DNA of 64,000 nucleotides from Podarcis cretensis (GCA_951804945.1 OX638149.1:100254001-100318000), one strand, 5' to 3'; numbered from the stretch's first letter, positions 50,872-62,791 are shown. Notes: generated from the sequence alone by a model not told the origin. A program made the numbers and translations.

Positions 50872-51013
50872 GCATGTGACCCCAATATAATGCAAACACG
50901 GACTCGGCATGTACTAAGGTCTCCTTTAAATCCCAAGACCTGCCCTGATGGTTCACAAATGCGACCGTGTGTCCTGAATCAAAATTGTTTTCAGTTTCAC
51001 TACAATTTAACAG
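50872..51013 (+). CDS. THSD7B: THSD7B internal exon (142 nt, phase 0 to 1): ACDPNIMQTRTRHVLRSPLNPKTCPDGSQMRPCVLNQNCFQFHYNLT
   Basis: Acceptor ctcttttcccccctAG at 50870-71, donor GTaaga at 51014. Overlaps ORF 50890..51123 in the same frame. Has the RTR motif and TSR cysteine spacing. Confidence 0.95.
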
Positions 51014-52669
51014 GTAAGAACCCCTCACTTTTGCTGGAACAGAATTTAGTGCTATGCCTGTATGTGAAGTGGAGAGAGGTGATGGCAAAGTGGTTGAGCA
51101 TTAGAGACCCTAAGGCTTGTTAGGTGACTTAGGCCAAGTCCTTGCCCTTTGACGAGGCATATAATTGTCTACCATCTTTATTTAGATGTTAGTTTTTTGA
51201 AGCTTTGGAAAAACAAAGTACTTTGGACCCTGACACACACTTTATGGGGGAAAAAACCCAATTAAAAATATATGCATGTGTCCAGGAAACATTTAGAAGC
51301 TTGCCTGCATTTAGAAGTCGTTAGCTACAATTCTGTTATTACCTGTGTTTTCAGTTACTGTCTCCTTACAGCCCAATGTCATGCATGTTTACTTAAAGAT
51401 AAGTCCTACTGAATTCAAAATAACATATTATGTTATGTATATTTGTATGTGCAAGTGTTTCTAAATAGCAACCGTCAAGGGCATTGATGTGGTTCAAGAC
51501 CGTGGTATGGGTGGAAATAGCAGGCTAAGTCCCCACAAAGCTTGTCAAGTTTTTGTCCTGAAGTAAGAACTGCAGACAAAATAAAATAGGAGTATTTTTG
51601 TTAAGTTTTCTTTTTTTGGGGGGGGGGGAGTCCTAAGTGGGTTGTAAAGGTTTATGCAGAGGCAAAATTCAAATGTCCAACTTTGACCATTAAATAAGGA
51701 TGTTGCTGGTGATTCAAAAAAAATGGGGTATGTGTTCCATTAGGGCTTTTACAAAACATTATATTTCAGTAACATTTACCTTAGGATCACTGCTGTGTAT
51801 CACTTTGGTGCACTCTCTCCATAGAGATAGGCATGTAACAGCATAGAAGCAAATGAAACCATCACCTCTTGATAAATTCAGCAGAAGTAAAACTTGATGT
51901 CCTAGTGCAAAACCCACTCCCATGCATAGAGTGCAGAATCAAAAGCCAGTACTAGATTTTTCCATTCATTGTAACATTGGGTAATCTCTGTGCATGCAAA
52001 ATAAGGTGTATATAGACAACTTTCCTCCATTGAAATGAATGGGGAATGCCACATATGCAAGAGTTTTACATCTAATTTGGTGTGAAGTTAGCTATGAAGT
52101 TGTGTGTATGTTTAGAAAATTCTTCAAAAGTCAATAGGAAAGAATATGTCTTGATTTTCATATTCTGGTAACCAGCATGGAAAACACATCCATCCATACA
52201 AACTGAACATTTTAAAGAGCATTGAGAGGCAAAAGCACAACACCTTGGTGAATAATCTTTTTACTTACACTTTGAAGATGGAAGAGACTTCCAATTACTT
52301 ATGATTTATAGTCATTTTCAACATTACCTTTGCAGAATGATACAGTAAAGATCAACAGCCTCTTTAAATTGTTTACACTGGCTTGAAGAAGACATTAATG
52401 TTTCAAAAGCACTTTATTTTTTAGAATGAAACATGGCTTGCTTTGTCAGACAAAATTCAGTTGGAGGTTGTGACAAGCTTTGCTTTGAAGCAGTAATACT
52501 TCAGAAAATGGTTATAACTTTATTATCCAGGGGACAGTCTAGAACTTGATAATGCATGGACTGCTTTTAAATCCTACATTTTATCACCACTGGACAATTT
52601 GCAGTATACTCAGGGGGAATGTTATTTTTCAGGGGCACTTCAGATTGCCCATAGGTGACTAGGCATAAT

Positions 52670-52670
<1 letters not shown>

Positions 52671-52712
<42 letters not shown>
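52671..52712. repeat. (TAA)n microsatellite, ~115 bp upstream of a THSD7B acceptor
   Basis: 14 TAA units seen directly. Confidence 0.97.
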
Positions 52713-52713
<1 letters not shown>

Positions 52714-52827
52714 CACTTTCCTTGACTTCTATATGCTCCTATCAAGCAAATATAGTTTCATCAAGCTTAGAAATTAAAGATTTCTCCAGCAGTTGATGGC
52801 ATAACTAAATGCTGATGTTTCTTATAG

Positions 52828-52943
52828 ACTGGAGCACATGCCAGCTAAATGAAAATGCAACCTGTGGACAAGGGATTAGGAATCGCCTTCTGAGCTGTGT
52901 TCGGAGTGATGGAAAAGTCGTGGCTATGACCTACTGTGAGCAG
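52828..52943 (+). CDS. THSD7B: THSD7B internal exon (116 nt, phase 1 to 0): (D)WSTCQLNENATCGQGIRNRLLSCVRSDGKVVAMTYCEQ
   Basis: Acceptor tttcttatAG at 52826-27, donor GTgagg at 52944. Translated by hand because it is not in the ORF track. Phases fit both neighbours. Confidence 0.95.
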
Positions 52944-53547
52944 GTGAGGTTTCATGTATATCACTAGGATGTGCCATGTAGGACTTGTGCCATGTAGGAC
53001 AGAATCTGGCTTTCCAGCAAAGCTTGGTTTTTTAAAAATCTCATCTGTCTCATTAAATGAGTTGAAATTTTCTTTGTAATTATTTATTCCTCTTGCTGCT
53101 GTCTGGTTACCATGCAGCTTGGTATTCTGAATCTTCTAGATATGGTTTCATTGCAGTCCTAGGATCTTCATTTGTAGCCTGTGTAGGAATGAAGAATTCA
53201 GGATCCAAAACCCAAGAAAGACACATTTAGGGCAAAACCTGAAAAAATTTTAGGCCTACACCCGTGTTACACAATTGGCTTTTTTAATTCTTCTTTTCAT
53301 TAGATGCAGGAGTGACTAGCAAGTGGTCTTTCAAAGGTTTTGCCACTGTTATTGTCCTTGTCTTTGAAAGGAATGTGCAAGGTGGATGCAACACACACGA
53401 GTTATACAGTACAAGGCTATAAAGCCAGGATAGGGGATGTTGCTCGACTGCAACTCTCCTCATCACTGTTCATTAACCATATTGGCTGGGATGGATGAGA
53501 ACCAAAGCCCAACAACATCTGGAAGGACACAGTTTTCCCACTCATAG

Positions 53548-53680
53548 TAGCTCAGTCGATAGAGCATGAGACTCTTAATCTCAGGGTTGTGGGTTTGAGC
53601 CCCATGTTGGGAACGTTTCCTGCACTGGGGGAGGGGCTAGATGACCCTGGTGACCCCTTCCAAATCTACAATTCTATAAT
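53548..53680 (+). mobile_element. tRNA-Lys(CTT)-derived SINE with CR1-like 3' tail
   Basis: TAGCTCAGTCGATAGAGCATGAGACTCTTAATCTCAGGGTTGTGGGTTTGAGCCCCATGTTGGG is close to tRNA-Lys(CTT). It is followed by the CR1-type tail CTAGATGACC...CCCTTCCAA...ATTCTAT. Confidence 0.88.
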
Positions 53681-53958
53681 CCTGCTGTGACCACCTGGGA
53701 ATCGGCCCCATTGGAAGTCCATGGGCCTTACTTCTGAGTAGACATGTATAGGATTGCACAGCAAGAGTGTTTCTACATTGTGACCACACAGTCCAGGTGC
53801 AGTTAGCGGCATAACTGGAACACCTATGAGGGGGGTGGCGTACCCAAGCAAGCCACCTTCATTCATTTAGATGGGTGTTGGCTTGCTAAAAGCTAGAAGC
53901 ATTTTTCATTCCTTCCCAGCCACTGGTGACAAGTAACTCATTCTCTGTTTGCTTACAG

Positions 53959-54076
53959 CTAAATTTGGAAACCCCTGCACAAATGGTTGCTGACTGCCTT
54001 GTGGAATGCGTCGTCAGCTGCCAGTTCTCTGAGTGGTCCGCCTGGTCAGAATGTTCACATACGTGTGGCCTTGCAG
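53959..54076 (+). CDS. THSD7B: THSD7B internal exon (118 nt, phase 0 to 1): LNLETPAQMVADCLVECVVSCQFSEWSAWSECSHTCGLA
   Basis: Acceptor ttctctgtttgcttacAG at 53957-58, donor GTaacc at 54077. Lies within ORF 53926..54117. Canonical TSR WSxWSxCSxTCG. Confidence 0.96.
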
Positions 54077-54527
54077 GTAACCGTCCGTCAATGTTCTATC
54101 TACGTTTCTTAGAATAGAAATATACTATAAAGCACACCATCAATAATAAATGCTCCGTTTCTGATCACAAGGTTATGAAATTACATAGGCTTAGATCCAG
54201 AGACAGGCTGGAAGAAGGGGCTGAGGGGAAGGTGATTTTCTTCCACATGTGCTCTCTTAGTGACAGTTCTTTTCCTGCAGAGGGTGTGAAGTAAGGGACT
54301 GCAGACCTTATCTGTGGTGAGGTCTCTGGAGCTTACTGGTGGGTGATTCCCGGAATACAGCATGCCAGCTACAAAGTTAGATGACCTTAGTAGCAGCCTC
54401 ACTCATTCAGGCGGACGTTACTGAGGCAGACAATGGACAGACTTCCTCATCTTCTGTCCAAAAGTCATAAGGATATTCAGATGCTGCCAATACATAAAGG
54501 AAGAGCTCCCATATCTTGTGCATAATA

Positions 54528-54769
54528 CAGTGGTACCTCAGGTTACGTACACTTCAGGTTACATATGCTTCAGGTTACAGACTCAGCTAACCCAGAAATA
54601 GTACCTCAGGTTAAGAACTTTGCTTCAGGATGAGAACAGAAATTGTGCTCCGGCAGCATGGCGGCAGCAGGAGGCCCCATTAGCTAAAGTGGTGCTTCAG
54701 GTTAAGAACAGTTTCAGGTTAAGAACGGACCTCCGGAACGAATTAAGTACTTAACCCGAGGTACCACTG
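54528..54769. mobile_element. Tc1/mariner-superfamily MITE, subtype B
   Basis: Same TIRs, TA TSD, 242 bp, with one extra 17-nt internal unit. Confidence 0.9.
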
Positions 54770-55424
54770 TAATATAGGCAGTGATGCATTTGATATCATG
54801 TGTCCCCTCTTTAAGTGGGGGCAATATATAATTGAGTCTTGCTGCAGATGTGAAGCTGGGATTTTTCATTACATCTGCAAGTCTGTTGCCCAAATCAGAC
54901 TTGGTGTGAGACTTTTTTTTTCTTCTTCAAGAAGCACAATGGAAATAAATTGGAATAAGCACTTTTGTAAAATGAAAGATAGCCATATTCAGTTTCTGTT
55001 ATCAATACCAATGCCCACAGCACCTCTGCCATATACATCATTTCACAAACTATGGTATAAAGTTTATATCATGGTGATATATTTTAGTGGCCCATGGGAC
55101 TGCTCCAGTTGTTTTCAGTTCAGGCTTTATGTTGTGGAACAGTACACAAAATATGGTTTGCTGCTGTTGCTGCACTACAGGTGGGAGGTGTTTTCCGTGA
55201 CTGGTGGTAAAACGTTTTGATTTCTTTCTATAGCTTTCGACCAACAGAATTGTGTGTGTGTGTGTGTGTGTATCCAGCCTAGTTCTATGCAGCCCATTTA
55301 AAGTAAAATATGAGATGTTTCCGTAGCTGTACATTGTTCTGTGGATACCATTAGCTCTCAGTGAATATTTATTTATATAAGCATTGATGTAAAAGGCAGT
55401 TCAGCAATTCACACTAGCACAATG

Positions 55425-55514
55425 CATAGCTGTCAACTTTTCCCTTTTCTTGTGAGGAATCCTATTTGGAATAAGGGAATTTCCCTTAAAAAATGGGAAA
55501 AGTTGGCAGCTATG
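55425..55514. mobile_element. 90-bp palindromic hAT MITE
   Basis: TIR CATAGCTGTCAACTTTTCCC / GGGAAAAGTTGGCAGCTATG and TSD GCACAATG/GCGCAATG (7 of 8). Confidence 0.85.
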
Positions 55515-56057
55515 GCGCAATGTGACTTCCTCCTGTCCTCTCCTTCATAGCTCACGCCCAAAATCTGCTTTGGAGGGTTGGGAGAACCCTCAGAATAGAA
55601 GGGGGGAATCATTCACTGGGAATGCAAAACAGCTTGTGCTGATGGAACAATCTCCTTAGCACTACATGTAACCCAATGTTTTAACAATGCAAATGCAAAA
55701 TGTGCATATTTCAAATGACTATAAGGTAATTAACTCAAAATTAAAACATCGTTGAAAAGGTCCACAGGAATTCCACAGGAATACTGAGGGATGCTCAATT
55801 GTTCCATTTGAGGAGAAATCAGCAAGACCCTCAAACTACTGCTGCCTTTAAAACATGAAAAACTTTTTGACTTCAGCTGTGGAAGATAAGAGATGTAGAC
55901 TTTCTAGGTGTAAATGCAGGTTGTTCTGGATTGGCATTTTTTAACCACAGACAAGCATTATAGTTCCATGTGGGTTTCCGAGGAGATTAATTTCTATGCA
56001 TAGTTAGGAGTTTACATGCAGAACTTCAGCAATCATATTATTTTGTTCTGCAACAGA

Positions 56058-56257
56058 TTGTTAGACTAGGGCCTGGGAGACCAAGATTCAAACCCCCACT
56101 CAGCCATGAAGCTCACTGGCTGACTTTGGGCCAGTCACTGCCTCTCAGCATCACCTACCTCACAGGGTTGTTGTGGTTTTATAGGAGAAGGAAGAGGACC
56201 ATGCACACCACCTTGATCTCCTTGGAGATAAGATGGGATATAAATGCAATAAACAAA
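56058..56257 (+). mobile_element. tRNA-derived MIR/CORE-like squamate SINE (Squam3-like)
   Basis: B-box-like GATTCAAACCC, core CTCAGCCATGAAGCTCACTGG...GGGCCAGTCAC...ACCTACCTCACAGGGTTGTTGTG, and an A-rich tail. The family name is from recall. Confidence 0.65.
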
Positions 56258-57588
56258 CTATAAACAATTCTCAATGGCCTGATGGTCTTTTCATTCCTGT
56301 ATGTGGCAATTTCTTGAGGCATACAATAATATACACCATACTACTGGTAGCAAGAAGCCTAATTTGCTTCTTGGGCACAGGAAGAAAAATACTTGCCCAT
56401 ATCAATATTACTAGTTTCTATGTTTGAATATATGAAAACATCCTCCAGATTCTTGATGCATCTGAATCTAAATCTTGCAGGTCGATAATGCCCTGATATA
56501 ATGTTCAAAATTTGCCCATGTTTTTGGTATAGTTTGTTTATCTAATATAAAAGCAGGAAGTGCAGCTACACTGGGCACTTAAACCAGTTCAAATATTAGG
56601 GCTCCCCACCTCCACATATTGTGATTCTTTTAATTTTTTTTATTTGCAATTTCTCCCTCCAACACAAAACTACAATTTTCAAAGTTCAGTGTTTAGGACA
56701 TAGTAGTTTAGAGCATTTACAATTGATCCACATTTCTAGTGCTGGTGATGTGTCCAAAGAGAGCCTTTATTTCAAACCAAGGTTGAGGCAACAGGTTTCA
56801 GTGCTGACAATAGTCAGAAAGAAGGAAAACATCCCCCCCCCCCCATTCTTGCTGCCACTAGATGTTACTAGAATATAGGAAGAGCAGCAGAGTAGTGGTG
56901 AACATAAACTGAACTTAAAGATTCCACATACACAGATAATCCCATGGGAGGCTGTCTCTTTCAGAAAACTCCTTTTAAACCTGAGTCACTCACTGCTTTC
57001 ATTGTGTAATGATTTATTTATGGTATGTACAGAAAGATGATGGCAGAGAAGAGACAAACCCAAGAAGAACAGGGTGAACCTGTGAGGTTTTTTTCTGATC
57101 AAAAATAGCTCTTAGGGAAATATTTCAGGTGGTGGTGCAGCTAGGGATCCCAAAAGCCTTTGGCACACAAGGTGATCTCATGGGCCCACTATGCCATCAA
57201 GTGCTTATGCCATCATTGCATAGCAGTGCCAAACTGATAGCAAAGTAAACAAAACAAAACAAACAAACGAAGGAACAAGTTTCAGTTGCACACCAGAAAC
57301 TGCCAATCTGCCAGTTTTTTGCATTAGAACAACATCCTTACAAATGAATTTATAACTTTAACTTCATAAGGTTATTGTTTCTCCACAGGATCTAAGCCAC
57401 TTGGCCCTTGCCTGTTAGGGTTTGCTGTTCATGCAAAGTGACCCCTCACCATGTTTCCATTCATGTGATCCTAGTTCTCTAGACATGGCATCACAGGGCA
57501 AGAGGCCTTGTGCTGGCAGAGTTTAAGAGTCCCACAACAAAGAAATCCAGTGCAACAGTTACACCAGCAGATGCTGGTTCTTGTTGTA

Positions 57589-57820
57589 CAGTGGTACCTC
57601 AGGTTACAGACACTTCAAGTTACAGGTTACAGATTCCGCTAACCCAGAAATAGTACCTTGGGTTAAGAACTTTGCTTCAGGATGAGAACAGAAATCGTGC
57701 AATGCAGCATGGCAGCAGCGGAATGCCCCATTAACTAAAGTGGTATCTCAGGTTAAGAACAGTTTCAGGTTAAGAACGGACCTTCAGAACGAATTAAGTT
57801 CTTAGCCCAAGGTACCACTG
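57589..57820. mobile_element. Tc1/mariner-superfamily MITE, subtype B
   Basis: Same TIRs, TA TSD, 232 bp. Confidence 0.9.
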
Positions 57821-59563
57821 TATTGCGCAACAATATTCTGCCAGTGCAGGAATGCCCCTCAGTAACCTTAATTAAGTGACAACTTCCCTTGTCCCACTGT
57901 TTTCCCCTGGAGAAAACCACTCTTTAGTGCTCAGTTGGAACAAACAGCAATTCATCCCCCCCCCCCCCGCAAATTGCTGTTTGTTCTGATTTAGAGCTAA
58001 AGAGCAGAAAACCACTTGGATGTGATTTCTAGGCATGGGACAACCAGAAGTATGGATGAGTCCGTAGTGTTATGCATTGGATACAACCCAGTGATACAGC
58101 CCAGTGACACATATATTGATATATGAGATCTAACTTCCTTATTTCAGTCTTTGTATACTCCACATTCTGTACCTTGATTGTATACTGTGGTGGCCAGAAT
58201 CCTTTTGGAGGGGACAGTGAAGGCAATGGTGGTGGGGCATTTATTTTGGGCACTCTATTGATCTCACTGAAGGTGTTCTAAAATGCTACCTCTTTTGCAA
58301 GTGTAACGTTATGGCAACATCAGTAGCAAATCTGATCTCTGTGCAAGAATAGAGTTACAACTAAGAACCAGTCTTCCCCACCATTCCTTGAACCCATTTT
58401 TCCTTCTTGTGCTGTTGGTGTTCAGCCACTGGCAGTAGTTCCTGTTGATGGAATGGCAGAATTCTACTACTGTGTCTTTTACTTCTGACCGTGCAATGGG
58501 AATGAGGGGTCACCACCATCCCAAAAGGCATTTGGGCAGTGGAGTTATTGTTTTCCTGCTAGAAGGATGCTGCTTGTGCTGTTTAACTTGCTCATTCACA
58601 ACTTATGCAAAATCAGAGGTGTTTGCAGATGGAACCAAATTACTGCGATGAGGAATGTTTTACTCAACACATAACTTAAGTTGTAGAATTCATATTTACA
58701 AGATGTGGTGACGTCAAGTAGTTTAAATGGTTTTAGTAATGGATAAGGCAAGTTCATGTGGGACGGCTGATCAGTCATTGTCTATTTTCCATGGTAGCTA
58801 CAAATCGATTCTTAATGTTCCAAATATGATCTTCCCAGGACAGCCAGCTCTCCACTACTGTAGGCAGAATACTAGGCAAGATGGACTTTGAATATGATTG
58901 ACAGAAGGGCGTCCCCAGCATATTAGCAAATAGGATGGTTGCAGCTGTTGTTAGAAGAGTGTTTCTCCCCCCCGGAAGTGAACATTTACAATTTAAGAAC
59001 TATGTATTTTTTCCCAATTTGCCAAAAGGATATGCAAATAACAGCATGGATAAAAGCAAAGGACTTCATTAATTTCAAACAGTTTTTCAATATCTTGCCT
59101 CAATAGACTTAACTTAAAAGACAGTTCTGAGTATAAAATGCTGGGGTTCTTTGTCAATTTCTAAGGAAACTGGTGGAACACCAAGGCTCCTGAGAAAACT
59201 CTAAAGCTATGAGTAAAATAATAATATTGGCTATTATCCCATGTATGGTTAGGCTGCATAAATTCCACTGAAGCCAAGTAATATGCAAAATTGTAACAAT
59301 CATTAGAAAGAATCCTTTACCAAAGATTGAAAACTGCCACTTAACTTGTTGAGTTCTGTGGCAGCATTTCCATTCAAACTCCACATGCAATTTCCCAGAA
59401 GAATCCAATTAAAATGACTTTTTTTAAAAAAAATAAAATAATAATTTGCAGACTTTTAAAAGAATGAGTCGTGAAATCACACTAATAAAAGGGAAAAGAA
59501 ATGGAAACGGGAAACCATGGACTTCAAGCTATATCAGAATGCACATAATGAAATTCCCTGTTA

Positions 59564-61006
59564 ATAGAATCATAGAGTCATAGAGTTGGAATAGACCACA
59601 AGGGCCATCGAGTCCAACCCCCTGCCAAGCAGGAAACACCATCAGAGCACTCCTGACATATGGTTGTCAAGCCTCTGCTTAAAGACCTCCAAAGAAGGAG
59701 ACTCCACCACACTCCTTGGCAGCAAATTCCACTGTCGAACAGCTCTTACTTCAGGAAGTTCTTTGTAATGTTTAGGTGGAATCTTCTTTCTTGTAGTTTG
59801 GATCCATTGCTCCGTGTCCGCTTCTCTGGAGCAGCAGAAAACAACCTTTCTCCCTCCTCTATATGACATCCTTTTATATATTTGAACATGGCTATCATAT
59901 CACCCCTTAACCTCCTTTTCTCCAGGCTAAACATGCCCAGCTCCCTTAGCCGTTCCTCATAAGGCATCGTTTCCAGGCCTTTGACCATTTTGGTTGCCCT
60001 CCTCTGGACACGTTCCAGTTTGTCAGTGTCCTTCTTGAACTGTGGTGCCCAGAACTGGACACAGTACTCCAGGTGAGGTCTGACCAGAGCAGAATACAGT
60101 GGCACTATTACTTCCCTTGATCTAGATGCAATACTCCTATTGATGCAGCCCAGAATTGCATTGGCTTTTTTAGCTGCCGCGTCACACTGTTGGCTCATGT
60201 CAAGTTTGTGGTCAACCAAGACTCCTAGATCCTTTTCACATGTACTGCTCTCAAGCCAGGTGTCCCCCATCTTGTATTTGTGCCTCTCATTTTTTTTGCC
60301 CAAGTGCAATACTTTACATTTCTCCCTGTTAAAGTTCATCTTGTTTGTTTTGGCCCAGTTCTCTAATCTGTCAAGGTCTGGGGTGTTAGCCACCCCTCCC
60401 AGTTTGGTGTCATCCGCAAATTTGATCAGGATGTCCTTGAGTCCATCATCCAAGTCGTTGATAAAGATGTTGAATAAGACTGGGCCCAAGACAGAACCCT
60501 GTGGCACCCCACTAGTCACTCTTCTCCAGGATGAAGAGGAACCATTGATGAGCACCCTTTGGGTTCGGTCAGTCAGCGAGTTACAAATCCACTGAGTAGT
60601 AGCATAGTCAAGACCGCATTTTACCAGCTTCTTTACAAGAATATCATGGGGCACCTTGTCAAATGCCTTGCTGAAATCAAGGTAGGCTACATCCACTGCG
60701 TTCCCTTCATCTACCAGGCTTGTAATTCTGTCAAAAAACGAGATCAGGTTAGTCTGACATGACTTATTTTTCAGAAATCCATGCTGACTATTGGTGATCA
60801 CAGCATTCCTTTCTAGGTGCTCACAGACTATTTGCTTAATGATCTGGTCCAGAATCTTCCCTGGTATTGATGTCAGACTGACTGGGCGGTAATTATTTGG
60901 GTCCTCTCTTTTCCCCTTTTTGAAAATAGGGACAACATTTGCCCTCCTCCAGTCTGCCGGGACTTCGCCTGTTCTCCAGGAATTCTCAAAGATGACTGCC
61001 AGTGGT
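59564..61006 (-). mobile_element. 5'-truncated CR1 LINE: ORF2 reverse-transcriptase domain to 3'UTR, disrupted
   Basis: ORF 59746..61074 has [28 protein letters not shown] and KFADD. A frameshift near 59750 continues the C-terminus in ORF 59642..59869 (VRAVRQWN...SLEVFKQRLD). 8-bp tail units (ATAGAATC/ATAGAGTC) lie at 59564-59590. Confidence 0.96.
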
Positions 61007-62339
61007 TGTCTGTTGTCTGAATTATTACCTATGCAGTTGTTGCTGCTGCTAATTATTAGATTTCTATATACCACCCTTCATTCGAGGATCACAGGGCAGT
61101 TTGCAATATAAATGAATCTGTTTTTAATAGTGGTAGATACATGTTTTCTTCACCCAAGCATGCCTGCTATGTGTTGTTAATTAGTAGCAGCTGATAGAAA
61201 TGCTTCACTGTTTCCTTAATTAAACTCATTTTTAAGTTCCATCTCTTTAGGCAAAGGCTTAATAGAACTGATGACAAACTAGCATATTGTGCTGCTTTCA
61301 TGTTCTTCTATGGCAAGTTAATCAATAAAGATAAGGTGGATCATAATGAAGTATTGCAGAAGCAAAAAATCCTTATTATTAAGCTCATTTCCCCTTTCAT
61401 AATTAACCTTAATGAAAATGTTGGCTTGCAAAGTATATAAATGCAGAATATAAAGTAGTGCTGGTGAACTTGTTTAGTCACCCCCTTGTTTATATTTTAG
61501 GTTAATCATATATTTATTTTAAAACATATCTTAGCATACTTTCTGGTGAATATTTCTTTGTATATGTGATAGACTTCATTAAATCTCAAAATCATGATGT
61601 AGAGGGGAATATTCCCCAAAATTAATAATTATGGCAGTGCTGTGTTTCACAGTAACAATTGCCATATGTTTCCACTGCCTCTTTCCCCCCTCCAGATGAA
61701 GTTTGAGTTTTACGACCAAATTACATTTATTGTTGCTGAAAAATTGCAAGCATTGTAATGGCCATTACTGTCCATAACCACTTTTACAATTTCCATTAAG
61801 AACCTATTTATTTTCAGCGAAATATCCCTAACTCAGTGAATAGAAAAAGAAATTAGGTTACCATTTCTGGAATAATAGTGCTGAATGCCATTCATTAAAG
61901 TATCAGCTATCTCATTTTTTAATCCTCTGCTGCCCAGGCACAGAGGACGACCCAGAGAAGAAATGTTTTCTCTTACACTATTCCAATTAGAAGACAGCTT
62001 GTTATTGAAATGGAAAGAGTTTCCTGAATGGTAGCTGTGTAATTCGGAAGACTGTGTTAAACTGGCAGGCTTTCTGTCTTTATCAAGTTGAGTAACCAAC
62101 AGAGGCTCTCATTAAGGGAAGGAGAGGGCAGAACTGCCAGAGCCGTATGCAAGAAACATCCTATTACAGTCTTCAGACACTGAATGTTCATATGCTCTCA
62201 TTAGTATAACACCACCATTGGTATTATAGCTCCAGCAATGTTCTGCAGGCCCAGGACTTTGCCTTCTTGCAGTGGTTCCCCATTAGCTTGGAGGGAGGGA
62301 GGGGGGGCTGTTCCATCCTTCTGCCCCAAAGGAAATGCC

Positions 62340-62393
62340 CATAGAAAATAGAACTGTAGAGTTGGAATGGACCACAAGGATCATCTAGTCCAA
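62340..62393 (-). mobile_element. Isolated CR1/SINE 3' tail
   Basis: TAGAACTGTAGAGTTGGAATGGACCACAAGGATCATCTAGTCCAA resembles the CR1 tail at 59571-59620. Confidence 0.65.
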
Positions 62394-62429
62394 ATGTAGA
62401 GGTTTCACTTCCATTAAAGTGCATAAGGA

Positions 62430-62431
<2 letters not shown>

Positions 62432-62468
<37 letters not shown>
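62432..62468. repeat. (TG)n microsatellite
   Basis: Seen directly. Confidence 0.97.
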
Positions 62469-62469
<1 letters not shown>

Positions 62470-62791
62470 GTGCTAAATACTCTCGAGTATGACATTGGGA
62501 CATGCATGATCCACAGCTTGATGTGCAGTAAGGCTTCTTATTCTCTGTTAGAAGATGAAAAAGCCAGCCCTTACATTCTGATTCATAGGCAGAGTGGCAA
62601 CTGGAACCTCTTAGGAGTGGTGAGTCAGGGAGAGAATTTTGTAAGCGCCTTTGCTTCCCCAGTAATTCTCCCAGCAACAGAGGTTGCAAGGGACAGAGTT
62701 CCTATGTGATTTGAGCCACTGCAGGCAACTCTGAGAACTTCTCTAATACAGTGTATGATCAGTTTAAGAATAACCCTCTCTTCTTGTTTAG

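Noticed and set aside
53548-53612. Functional tRNA-Lys(CTT) gene
   Set aside because: The 5' acceptor-stem strand is missing, the T-loop is mutated, there is no oligo-T terminator, and it continues into a CR1-like tail. It is a SINE.
60140-60595. 151-aa plus-strand ORF
   Set aside because: Antisense shadow of the CR1 ORF2.
59746-61074. 442-aa reverse transcriptase as a domesticated or novel RT gene
   Set aside because: It is a 5'-truncated CR1 lacking the endonuclease. The N-terminal ~22 residues come from flanking DNA, and it has a frameshift and an internal deletion.
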